Below, piece after piece: positions 37,916-50,300 of a stretch of 64,000 nt of DNA. The translations under genes and the position numbers were made by a program. The notes below the pieces were generated by a model. The model was not told the DNA's origin. It searched no databases and was given only the letters and a program-made list of their open reading frames with translations. Within the stretch, counting starts at the first letter, position 1, and each line of letters starts with the position of its first letter. The stretch lies in the IMG/VR virus record IMGVR_UViG_3300025000_000055; one strand, written 5' to 3'. The DNA is from a virus. Its lineage: Duplodnaviria; Caudoviricetes.

Positions 37916-40900
37916 TTGATTTTTATTTCAGATATACCTCATCTTAAGACTTATAAACAAAAAGTTTTACTACCTAAAGATGAAAAATACCCTAGTATTA
38001 ATAGTGTTGTTTTTATCAATAATAATACTATAGAATCTTCTATAGAGTTATTAAAACATGAATTTATTAAAAATAGTAGTATGTATCATTTTTATTTTAT
38101 GGACCAAATTTATAGTGGTAAATTATTTAATAGAACATTTAGGATTTTATACCGTAAAGAAAGAACTGATATTTATACTAATATAGAAAAACAAGTTAGA
38201 TTTATACAAACAGTTACAGATTTACCATCAGTAAATAAAAAAAATATATATGTTGATTTAATAAAACATAATACTTTATTTTTTGAATTAAGTAAGAAAG
38301 TTAATTTTGGAGTTAGAATTAAAAATTATATAAGTTATTTAGATAACTTAATTAATAATAGTCATTTTAATCAATACAAATATAAAACAATTTGTATTGA
38401 TATTAATAGTTGGATTAACGACGTGGGAACCCAAATAAAAGGTAAATTAAATTTTGATAATCCTATATTTATTATTTATTACTGTATGTATAAATATTTT
38501 GATAAATTTATAGAATTAGGAAATATTAATATTATCTTTTATACTAATGATAGTGTATTAAGATTAAATCCATCATTATGTGATAAAAATTCATATTCAT
38601 TATTTAAGAAAGAGATTATGAAATCATCTCCTAAAAGTTTATTGGATATGGATGAAGAAAATATTGAAAAAATATTAAAAAGAAAAGAAATTGCAGATAA
38701 AATGATAGGATATCTTAATGACCAACATAGATTTATTGGTGATAATAAAACTGAACAAGATGATGAATTTGAAAATAGTATTGAAGAAAAAGTTGATGAA
38801 ATAATTGATGCTAATAAATTAGATGATTCTAATAGTGAAGAAATATATAATAAAGTTTCATCTACTATTATTAATGATAATGAAATTATAAAAAAAATTC
38901 ATATGTTGAATCAGGAGAAAAAAGTTGGTAGAAGTACAGCTTCTATTAAAAGGGATGAAGAATTAAGAAATAAGCAGAAAGAAATAATAGAAGATAAAAT
39001 GGGAATATATATAGATAATATATATGAAACTACTAATAAAGAACAACTCGATATTCCTAAATTTGATGTTTCTGATAAAGTTAATACTACTAATAAAAAT
39101 ATAACTACTATAAGATATCCTCATTTTGAAAAGGCATATAATGAAGTTCTTCATGAAAAAGATTTACTTAATAATATAAAGTTTTTAAATGAAAAATCTA
39201 TTCCAGTTTACATCAGGAACATAGAACACATTGATTCTTCTGATGAATTAAATTTAAAAGAAACATATACCTTTGAATTAGAAGATGAAAATAGAGTTAG
39301 ACATAAATTAAAATTCGATGTACCTAAATTTATAGATGATAAATTTCTATATTTAGGTGGAAATAAAAAGATTATTATGAAGCAATTATTTATGAAACCT
39401 GTTGTTAAAACAGGTCCTGACGAAGTACAAATTTGTACTAATTATAATAAGATGTTTATTAGACGTTATGGTACTAAAATATCATCTAAAATAGAAAAAA
39501 TGAGAAAATTATTATATGAACAAAAAGAAGGTATTAAAGTTAAATATGGTAATAATTTATCTAGTAATAATAAATATAATACTACTATAGAATATGATGA
39601 ATTATCTAAAAGCTTTACTTATATTCGTATAGGTAAAACTGAATTTTATTTTAATCAAGATGATGTTATTAATATGATTACAGATAAAAAAATAAAACTT
39701 AATGAAAATGAATTATTAATAGGTTTTCATGATAATGGTAAAACACCAATACCTATTATAGTTGATATAAATACTCAAAGAATCGGTACATCTTTTGATA
39801 TAGTTGGTTATATACTTTCTATGTTGACTCAAGGTTTAGTACAAGATTTTGATGATATTAAAAGTGGTAAAAAATTCGTATATACTAGAGCTTATATAAT
39901 GCAAAAACATGTCCCTGTAATTTTATTAATTTCATTTCTAGAAGGTTTATCTACAGTAATAAAGAAAGCTAATATAAAACATTACTTTTCAGATAAGAGA
40001 CCTAAAGACATAACTAGTAATGAGGGAATAATTCAATTTAGTGATGGGTACTTAATTTATGATAAGTATCCATTTGAAAACTCTTTATTAATGAATGCAT
40101 TTGCCGATATTCCTACTAAAACTTTTGAATATAGTGAATTTGATTCAAAAGATGTTTATTTATCTTTATTTGATACTCTTTATAATAGTAGAATAATTGG
40201 TAATGCTTTTCTTAATTCATATGAATTTTTAATTGATCCTATTACAAGAGAAGTGTTACAAGATTTAAATTATCCAACTGATTATGTTTCTTTAGTTCTA
40301 TATGCAAATTCATTATTGGCAACTAATTCGTATATTAAAGAGAATAATATGAATCTTTATAGAATAAGATCAAATGAATTAGTTAATGCTTTAATATATA
40401 AAGAAGTTGCTAACGCTTATATTAAATATAGAACTACTTCTTTAAATAATAATCCGGTTAAAATATCTGTACCTCAAGATATCATTATTAAAAAATTACT
40501 GGTTGCACAGACCGTGGAAGACTACAGCACATTAAATCCTATTGTTGAAGTTGAGAAATCAAGAGTTATTACACCAAAAGGTCATTCAGGTATGAACTTG
40601 GATGAAGCCTATACACAAGATAAAAGGTCATATGATAAAACAATGTTAGGTATTTTAGCAATGTCAACTTCACCAGATTCTTCATGTGGTGTAACCAGAC
40701 AATTAACCTTAGAACCCAATATAAAAAATCCAAGAGGGTATATTGATATAAATGATGATAGACTTGATAAATTAAAAGATGTGAATTTATTTTCTCCAGC
40801 TGAATTATTGTCTCCTTTAGGAAATACACGGGATGAGTTGCTATTGTCCCACTATATAGAAATATATAGTTAAAAACTCTTCTAATTGTCGGGGACATCC

Positions 40901-43900
40901 TTATTGCTCTTATTACCAAATTATATTAGTAATAATATAATGGCTTAATCTAATCAATTAAGGTATGGTAACAAGATAAGAGATTGGGTAATCCGCAGCC
41001 AAGTCTCATAGTATAAAAAAATAAAAAGAGTTAAAAATTATAACTCTTTTAAATTAATTTTAACAATATTCTTTACCTTTTATTACATGACAAAGATAGT
41101 TATGGATATCACGAAGTTCTCTTCTAATATATAATTTATGTATTTCTCCAGTACCATCATATAATTCATCATATAATAAGAAGGTTTCTTCGATATAATA
41201 TCTAAAAAGTTCTAAATTTTTACGAGTAACAAATTCATCTGTTGCTCTTTCTTCGTTATTGTTATATTGCTTTAAGTCATTGGTGAATCTTTGTTCAAAG
41301 AACTTTTTAGTTATTTCTATAGATTCTTTGGAGATACAATCTGGATCTAATTCTTTGATACCATTCATTAAAATATCTTTGTAGGTAACTGACATAAAAA
41401 TCATTCCTTTCTTTTTTATATTATATAAATAATATATAAATGAAAAATAAAATTATACTATGAGAAAGGTTCAAAGACTATCGAAAGCATGTTTATTATT
41501 TAATAAACAGAAGTGAGTAGAGTAGGGGAAACCCCAAACGGAGAGCATCTAAACACGTAATGGTGAAGATGATGATATAGTCTGTCACTTATGGAAATCA
41601 TAGGTGGTTTCTGGATAGCATAAGAACAGCGATGAGTGTAAAACAATCAAAACATATAGTTCCAGTAATAAAACAATCACCAGTTTTATTATCCAATGGA
41701 GTTGAACAAGTTATTCATTATCATTTGTCAGACGACTTTACAGTTGTAGCTAAAGATGATGGTGAAGTCGTTGAAATAAATAAAGAAACTGGTTTAGTTA
41801 TTATTAAATATAAAAATGGTGAAACGAAAGCAATTGATACAAGTCCAAGAGTAGTAAAAAATGGTAAACTAAATGCCCATTTATATGGTGACATATAAGT
41901 GAATCTTCTTTAATTGTCGGGGAAGCTCTTAGAGCCTAAAACTACTAAATTATTAGTAATAATGTTTTAGGATTGGGTGATCCGCAGCTAATAATTAATA
42001 TACGTTAACTATGATAAAACTATTAAAAGAAAGGAGGAAAAAATATGTTATATGTCTTTTGTGGTAATAAAGAGTTTTGGGTTGATTTAAATTATGATAT
42101 AATATTATCTATATATCAAATAAGTTTTTATGGTAATATTATTAATAAAGAAAATGGTAAAATATTAAAAGGTCATATTGATAAAAAAGGTTATGTTCAA
42201 GTTATGTTAAAAACAGTAGAAAAAAGAATTAAAAAATACAGAATACATGTTTTAGTAGCAAATACTTTTTTAAAATTTCAAAAAAGTGAAATTAATAATA
42301 CTGTAAATCATAAAAATGTAAAAAGTAAAAAAGATAAAATTAATAATAATGTTAATAATCTAAAGTGGGTTAGTAATGCAGCTAATAATAAACACGCAAA
42401 AGAAAATGGTTTAATTCATAAAGGTGAAGAATGTCATAATTCTATTTTCAGTAATAAAGAAATTCATAAAATATGTCAAATGCTTCAACACGAATATTCT
42501 TATTCTGAAATAATAAAAGAATTAAAATTAAACGATAATAAAAATATACGAGCTTCTTTATATAGAATAAGAAAAAGGATATCATGGGCACATATTAGTA
42601 AAAATTATTTTTGGAATGATTCTTATAGTTCGAATGGTAAAAGAAAATTAAAATCTTATAAAAAAATAAATGAAATGAAAGAATTAATATTAAGAAATTA
42701 TTCGTTTAATGATATATGTAGAATTTTATTAATTAGAAATAATTCTAATAATAGAGACATATATCGTAATATAAAAGATGGAAATGCGTATATTGATTAA
42801 AGTTCAACGACTATCCTTTAGCTTTGAAATAAGCAACAGGAGTAGGGCCTAAGTAGGTGGGTGAAAGTCCCTTAAATCGAAATAGGAAGTATCTTTATGA
42901 GATGAAGATATAGTCTAGTATCCTATAGAAATATAGGGAAGTTCATAAGAGAACTGCATAGATTAACGACCTATGTGAATTTTTACGGCCGGAGGTTTCT
43001 TTTTATCAAATAAGTTATCATGTGATTTGAAATTAGGGCAAAAAATAAAGAAAAAAGATATATTGGCTTATGATAGTAATTTTTTTAGTAATAATAAATT
43101 ATATGGTAATAGATTTAATATTGGTTCATTGCAGAAAATAGCCTGTATGTCCTCTTATTCAACATATGAAGATTCTACGTTTGTTAGTAAAAAATTAAGT
43201 GAAGATATGGCAACATATATTGTTATGGAAAAACCAGTTACTTTAGGTAAAAATGCTAATGTTGACTATATAGTTGAAATAGGTCAAAATGTTAGTGTTG
43301 GGGATGAGCTAATTAGATTTGAAATTTCATTTAAAGATGATTCATTAAATAAATTTCTTTCAAATGTTGGAGACGAGTTAAAAGAAGAGATTAAAGCAAT
43401 GGGTAAGACACCTATTAAAACTAAACACTCAGGTGTAATTGAAGATATTAAAGTATATTCAACTGTAGATATTGAAGAATTATCTCCTACATTAAAAAAG
43501 ATTGTTAACGATTATTATGACAGAATTAATAGGAAGAAAAAAGTTCTTAATAAATATGATAAAAGTGACTCTGTTTATAAATGTGGTATAATGGTAAATG
43601 AACCTGTTGGTAAGATTGAAAGTAAAGATGGTAAAGTTAAAGGTCATACTGTTAATTCAGGGGTTTTAATAATATTTTATATTAAATATAAAGATACAGT
43701 TGGTGTTGGAGATAAAATATGTTTCTTTACTGCATTAAAATCTATTTCCGGTGAAGTTATACCTGAGGGATATGAGCCATATTCTTTATTTAGACCGGAT
43801 GAAGAAGTATCTTCAGTAGTTGCCCCAGGAGCAGTAATGAATAGAATGACTCCATCTGTTATATTGTCAATGTTTGGTAATAAGGTATTAATAGAATTAA

Positions 43901-43932
43901 AAAGGAAATTAAAAGACGTCTATGAAGAATAA
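37916..43932 (+). CDS. rpoB: Phage RNAP beta subunit; join(37916..40834, 41614..41865, 42988..43932), 1371 aa
   Basis: TPKGHSG, STSPDSSCGVTRQL, spliced NTRD|DSIRTAMSVKQSKH, KNG|AGGFFL, TYEDS, VGDKI..ALKS, NRMTP. Confidence 0.9.
41024..41050 (-). terminator. Terminator of the intron-embedded antisense gene
   Basis: AAAAGAGTTA / TAACTCTTTT hairpin with a long T-run on the minus strand, 10 nt past the stop. Confidence 0.75.
41060..41404 (-). CDS. Antisense intron-encoded hypothetical helical protein (start probably ATG 41395, 111 aa)
   Basis: Own SD (AAGAAAGGA), early motif 41429-41437, terminator; no GIY-YIG/HNH/LAGLIDADG motif. Confidence 0.8.
   Translation of the reverse strand: MIFMSVTYKDILMNGIKELDPDCISKESIEITKKFFEQRFTNDLKQYNNNEERATDEFVTRKNLELFRYYIEETFLLYDELYDGTGEIHKLYIRRELRDIHNYLCHVIKGKEYC
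41866..42987 (+). mobile_element. Group I intron 2 in beta gene (1122 nt) with HNH endonuclease
   Basis: Ribozyme core nearly identical to 10827..11169; terminal G before GCC GGA GGT restores the frame. Confidence 0.93.
42045..42800 (+). CDS. Intron-encoded HNH homing endonuclease (I-HmuI-like)
   Basis: YQISFYGNI, KKGYVQV, IHVLVA, VNHKN...N.VNNLKWV...NNKHA; SD AAGGAGG. Confidence 0.9.
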   Translation: MLYVFCGNKEFWVDLNYDIILSIYQISFYGNIINKENGKILKGHIDKKGYVQVMLKTVEKRIKKYRIHVLVANTFLKFQKSEINNTVNHKNVKSKKDKINNNVNNLKWVSNAANNKHAKENGLIHKGEECHNSIFSNKEIHKICQMLQHEYSYSEIIKELKLNDNKNIRASLYRIRKRISWAHISKNYFWNDSYSSNGKRKLKSYKKINEMKELILRNYSFNDICRILLIRNNSNNRDIYRNIKDGNAYID

Positions 43933-43950
43933 TAAAGGAATGTTAAAAAT

Positions 43951-44205
43951 ATGATAAGTGAACATAATTGTGCAAAATGTGTATGTACAATATGTAATAA
44001 TCTTCGTGGTAAAGAAGGCCATGTGACATGCCAATTAACCACATGTCAGAATTCTATATGTAATGTAAAAAAAGCAGAAGATTGTAGATATTTTACATCA
44101 TTACCTATAAAACAATTCAACATCTTTTTTAAAGTTAAAAATGTATTAAAAAAGATATGTGAATGGATAAATAAGAATTTATTAGAAAAAATACTAAAAA
44201 AATAA
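43951..44205 (+). CDS. Small Cys-rich protein
   Basis: 7 Cys in the first 45 aa (CAKCVCTIC...C..TTC...IC); SD AAGGA. Confidence 0.7.
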   Translation: MISEHNCAKCVCTICNNLRGKEGHVTCQLTTCQNSICNVKKAEDCRYFTSLPIKQFNIFFKVKNVLKKICEWINKNLLEKILKK

Positions 44206-44209
44206 ATAT

Positions 44210-44248
44210 AATAAAATCAATAGAGAATAATTCTCTATTGATTTTATT
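44210..44248. terminator. Terminator palindrome
   Basis: 19-bp arms, 1-nt loop. Confidence 0.8.
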
Positions 44249-44325
44249 TTTACATTATCATTTTTTCTTTATTAAAAAACATTAATTTAAACAATCAATT
44301 TTAATGAGAGGAGTTGTAAAATAAG

Positions 44326-47300
44326 ATGGCAATAAAAAATAGAACTAAGATTAAGACTAAATCACCTACAGCTTTAAGTTGGTTTAAAAATGTTGGAAAA
44401 TCTTTAGGTTATACTACAACTGAATTAATTGAAGAAATGATTCCAGCCCCAATAGATTTTATTAAAAGTAACACAGAAACATTTAAAAACTTTTATAATG
44501 ATTTAAGACAAAGTAAATCTTTAAGTAAAAAATTATCAGATCAGATAGTAAAGAATGAATATATTAATATAGGTCAAACAGCAATAAAAAATGCTTTAAA
44601 AGATATTAAATCGGGTAAAATTTATAATAAAGGTAGACAGGAAGAAATATTTAATGATGATATTGATTTTGAATTTGGTGATGATTTAAATATTGATAAT
44701 GATGATTATAAAGTATCATCAGAAACAATGTCTGATTCTAGTAGTTCACCTACTGTTAATAGAGTTGTAGTTTCTTCCAATATAAATAAAAATAATCCTA
44801 TGGTTAAAGCAGTAGAAAGACAAACCGAAGCTTTATATAATACAACTCAAGCTAGTGATAAAATATCTATATCCTTAGCTACTAATCATATGATGATAAA
44901 TAGAAAACTTGGAGAAGATTTAAATAGAGGTTTAAGTGCTATAAATGATAATCTAAGTCTACTTGTTAACTTCCAAAGTGAATCAATGACTAGATATATA
45001 AGCACTACTTTTAAATACTATGAAGAAAGTTTAAATCTATTTAATAATATTCATAGTGAAATGAAAAAAGGGGTTTCAGAAGAAAAGATTGTTAAAGAAA
45101 AAGTCGATCCCATGGATTCAGTCTTTTTATCTAAAGGTGGACTAAATATATCCGGTTATGCTAATTTAATTAAAAGACAATTTGGTGCAGCTGTAGATCA
45201 AGATATGATATTGTCTCAACTAAAATATATGTTATCAGATAAAGATCAATTAAAATTTTTAGCTGCTTCACCTATAAGTTTTCTATCCACTAAAATAGTA
45301 TCTGCATTTATTCCTTCTATGTTAAAACAAACTTTAACTAGTATGAATAAAAGTTTTGAGAATTTCTTTCCAGCTTTATTAATGAAAGCTAATAGAATGA
45401 TTGGTTCTCAAAACCCTATACTTAATTTTTTAGGTCAGGTTTTTGGTATAAATGTAAAACAAAAATCATCTGTTGATTTATCTCAATATGAAAAGGGTGC
45501 AGTTCCTTTTGATGGATATACAAAGAAATCTATTACAGAAGTTATACCAGGATATTTAAGAAAAATATTAGCTGCATTAAATGGTAAAGAAGAAGTTGCT
45601 TTTGATTATGATAATGGTGTTTTTAAATCTATGGATTCTATGCAAAAAGATTTTCAAAGCACTATGAATAGAAGTATTCTAAGTAGTTTTTCAGATGTTA
45701 TAAGTGAAATAAAAGATAAAGCTAATGCTTTTAATATTCAAAATGATGAGGAAAGAAAAAAATTTAATAAAGACCTAGAGACTTTTTTCTTAAAGTTACC
45801 AGGTTTAAATAAATTAATAAATCCAGTAAGAACTAAAGATAGAAATGGTGTTAATATAAATGAATTAAAAGATGTTCATGATTTTGGTAGTGAAGAAATG
45901 AATAATTTCTTCAGACAGTTAGTATTATCACTTGATAAAGGTGATATACAAAAAATGTTTGGTACTGATGTATTAAACGCTAGAAAAAATAAAGAAAAAA
46001 TATTTAATGAAGCTGAAACAAATCCACTAAGATATAATGCTGCTTTAGTTAATAATCAATTAAATTTTGATGACCATATTAAAAGAAATAAATATAATCG
46101 AGGTCAATTTGAAGTAAAGAAAGGTTTTGGTGTTTTATCCAAAACAGATCAATTCAATAAAATTGATTTAGATTATTTACGTGATATTAAAGAAATTCTA
46201 TTAAAGGGTATTAAAGTCTTTCCAATAACTCAATTAATTAATCCGGATGGAACAATAACCCAACCTAATTTTAACTATCATGAGAGACAATTAAGGAGGA
46301 TGGAAACTGAAAGAAGAGAAAGAGATAGAAAATTTAAAGTAAAAAAACAACAAGATACTGAAATTACACCTGAGTTGGAAAGAATAAATAGACAACAAGG
46401 AAGAAGAATTTTAAATAGATTATCAGATTCAGATATTTCTCCTGAAGAAATGAGAGACCAAATTAGAATATTTGATGAACAAAGAAGAAGTGATTCTGAA
46501 CGAGATAGACGACAACAAAGTGGTTGGTTAAGTAGTTTTATATCTGGTGATATGCAAACTAAATATAATTTATTAAGAGAAAAAGTAAGAGATATTTTTA
46601 ATACTCCAGCTAAATTACTTAATACTGTATTTAAAAAAATAGATGATAGTATGTTTAAAATAATTTTTGGTGATGAAGAAGGTGGTGGTACCACATCTTT
46701 TCTTAGTAGAACATGGGCATTGATGCAAAGTAAGTTTCAAACAATGTCTGAATGGTTTAAAGATAAAATATTTACACCTATTAGAGAATCTTTATTTGGT
46801 CCTAATGGGTTTATAACTAAATTAAAAGATTCTGATTTTTTTAAAGGGATTAAATCTAATTTTGGTAAATTAACAGATTTTTTATTTGGGTTAAAGGATT
46901 CTACTGGTAAAAGAAAAGGTGGGATATTTTCAGACACAGCAAATAATCTTTTAGATATTTTTGATGGTGCTAAATATTATTTTACTGGTAGAGCTTATAT
47001 AAATAGATCTGGTGTTTCTTTTCCTAGTAATAATAAAAGTGTATTTGGTGAATTAAAGTCAATGTTTGGTGGTTTTAAAGATACTATAAAATCTTATTTA
47101 TTTGGTAGAAGATCACAAGATGGTAATATACAAGAAACAGGAGTTCTTTCATCAGCTGTTAATAGTATAAAAGATGGTTTTCAAAATTTTTCAGATGCTA
47201 TTTTTGGTCCACGAAAAATTGGTGGAAAAGATAATAAAAACTATTTGATAGTTGGAGACTTATTTAAAAAGTTTAAAGAAAGATTACCTAAAGCATTGTC

Positions 47301-50300
47301 TTTTGGCATTCTCGGAGCCGGTAGTGGGTTGTTAATGGGTGGTAAGTTAGGTTTATTAGGTTCATTATTTTTACCCGGTGGTCCTATTGGTGGAGCTATT
47401 GTTGGTACCACAGTTGGTTTTCTATCACAATCGGATAGATTTAAAGATTGGTTATTTGGTCCTAAAGATATTAATAATAATCATATTGGTGGTTTTATTA
47501 ACAAGAAAACTCAAGAGTTCTTTAAAAAGAATAAGGTAGGTATTATTGGTGGTGCAAGTTTAGGAGCTCTTAAATCTATATTAGGATTTGGATTTTTACC
47601 ATCATTCTTTTTACCCGGTGGTCCTATTGGTGGTGCATTATTTGGTGCGAGTATATCAATGTTAGCTAGTTCAGAAAAATTTAAGAAATTTATGTTTGGT
47701 GATTTACAAGCAGACGGAAATAGACTTGGAGGTATAGCTCAAAAAATATTTGGTAAAGTTGATAAAACTAAAGCTAAAAAAATGTTTGGTAATGTTAGTG
47801 CTGGTATATTAGGTGGAGCTAGTATAGGGTTAATTACAAGCAAATTTGGTTTATTAGGTGCCGCTTTATTACCTGGTGGACCATTAGGTGGAGCTTTATT
47901 AGGAGCTGCTGCCGGTATAGCTTTATCATCTGAGAAATGGAAGAAAATGTTGTTTGGTGAATTTGATGATGAAACTCAATTGAGAAAAGGTGGTTTATTA
48001 GGTAAAGTTATTAATTGGACTAATTTAGAAGTAGTTCAACCTATTAAAATAAAATTACAAGAAATAAATCTAAATGTTAAAGAATGGTTTACAAGAAGTA
48101 TAGCTAATCCATTTCTTAATGCAATTGATCCAATTAAACATGAAATAAAATTAATGATAAGAAGTTTAAAAGATAATTTTGTAGAAGGTTGGACTAGTTT
48201 TAAAATTTTTATCGGTGATGTATTTGAAAAACATGTAGGTATGCCTTTTGGTAAATTTATGGAAGATAAGGTTATGAAACCATTAAGAGGTTTCATGTCA
48301 AAAATATTAGGTGGTATTGGTAGAATAGTTGGTAGTATTGTATCCGCTCCATTTAAAGGAATGGAGGGGCTATCAAGAGGTTTGACAAAAAAACATATGC
48401 AAGCTGGTTTAGATGCTTATGTTGAAGAAGGTTGGAACGATCTACTTGATTTTAAAGGTAGAAGACAACGTGGGGAAAAAATAGGTTTCTTTGGTGGATT
48501 AAAGAAATTTAAAGACATTTATTTTAATAGACAAGCTAGAGATAACGCTAGAAATAGTAGTCAAGGTGCTCCATATGCTAGACAATTGGAAATTGATAGA
48601 CAAAGAAGAGAAGATGAAGCTAATGTTGAATTTGGTGCTAAAAGAGAAGATATAAGAAAAATGTGGAGTGCGTGGAAAGATAGAAAAAGAGCCGGTATTA
48701 ATAATAATTATGATAATTTTAGTCCTGATGGAAAAGTTGTTAGAGAACAATATTTATCTCCAGAAGAACGAAGAGTTGAACAAATGACCTCAAATCCAAT
48801 TAATGATACTACTTATAATATAAATAGTAGAACTGGCAGAAGGAGAAGAGGTAGACCTAATCCTAAACCTGTAAATGACCAAAGTGTAATAATATTACCT
48901 GGTTCAGTTCAACAAGGTGATACAACAATTGTTGATGATGTTACTAATGTTATAAATAACAGAAATGGTAGTAGAAGAAGGGGTAAAAAATCAACAACAA
49001 CTTCATCTATAAATCAACCCATTATTAATCAACAACAAACTCAAGACACATCTATAATACAACCAACTATTAGTCAAAGTCAACAACCTACTAAAAAAAC
49101 ATCTACACGTAGAATTAAATCAAAAGATGAATTAATAATACAAATAGCAGGTGATGTAAGAACTATTGCTAAAGAAGTTAATGGTCAATTAGATGGTGTC
49201 GGTGGTAATGTTTATAAAATAAGAAAATTAATTCAGTCTCAACAGGGTATAAGTGACGAAGATTTAAGTGGAAGTTCAAATAGAGATAGAGTTGGATTCT
49301 TTGGTAAAGTAAGAAGAATGCTATATAAACCTATAGACACTATTAAAGAGAAAGTTATGGGATCTATTCAATTTGTAACTGATAAAATTACTTCTGTTGG
49401 TAAAAAAATATTTGATTTTAGTAAAACAATATTAGTTACTATACCTAAACAAATATTTTCAACTATGTATAATATAGGTTCTGAAATATTATCAATTGGT
49501 AAAGAAACGTTTCTTACTATAGTTAAATTACCAGGACAATTATTAAATTTATTTGCTCAAACTACAAAAATATTTGCTGAATCATTAAAAATGGTAGTAC
49601 CTGCTATTGGAGAAACTCTTAAAGGTGTAGCTAAATTATTCTCAGGTGCAATGGGAATGGTTAGCGAAGCAATGATAGGTGTTGGTAAAGGAATAGGTCA
49701 AGTTGCTTTTAGTATTGGTGAGGTTATTGGCTCAACTTTATCTGCTTTTACTAAAAGTATAATGAATATAGTTCCAGTTGTAGGAGACTTCTTATTAACT
49801 TCCAGTAAAATGATTATGGATTTTGGATTTGGTATAATTAAAAATGTTGGTAGTTTATTAACAAGTGTTACTAAATCTTTATTTAGTATAGCAACTTCAC
49901 CACTTAGATTTGCAGCGGATATGCTTGGTAGAGCTGTAGGTGTTAATAGATCGGAAATGTATATTACAGGTGGTATTATTGATGTGGTTAAGAAAATTGG
50001 AGATACCAGCTCTGATTTTACACAAAGTCCAAAAAGTAATAGAAATAATTTATTTAATAATTCAGATAATATAGTTATACCAGTTAGAGTAGATGGAATT
50101 ACTTCAGTTAGAATTGTTGGTTTAGATAAACCTGTTCCAGTTTATTTTAATATGAATACAAATCAAAATCAACGTAGAATTAGTTCATCAAATATTCCAG
50201 GTTTAAATAATATAGGGAATAATGGTAATTATTTAACATCATCTTTAATAAATGCACTTGATATATTTGATACACAAAATGATGAAGAAGAAAATAATAA

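Larger units (their letters stand above)
40835..41613 (+). mobile_element. Group I intron 1 in beta gene (779 nt) carrying an antisense gene cassette
   Basis: P1 GGGAU/GUCCC, P10 UUGCUAUU with exon GAUAGCA, AAUUGUCGGGGA, AAUCCGCAGC, GUUCAAAGACUA, AUGAUAUAGUCU, terminal G. Confidence 0.92.

Noticed and set aside
5894-43932. ORF-track entries 5894..7309, 7681..8316, 10393..10713, 11150..11947, 41632..41898 and 43027..43932 as separate genes
   Set aside because: They are exons; removing the introns restores contiguous conserved motifs in frame.
804-43932. Inteins as the cause of the RNAP and RNR interruptions
   Set aside because: The insertions contain stops and group I RNA core motifs, and lack C/S...HN splice residues.
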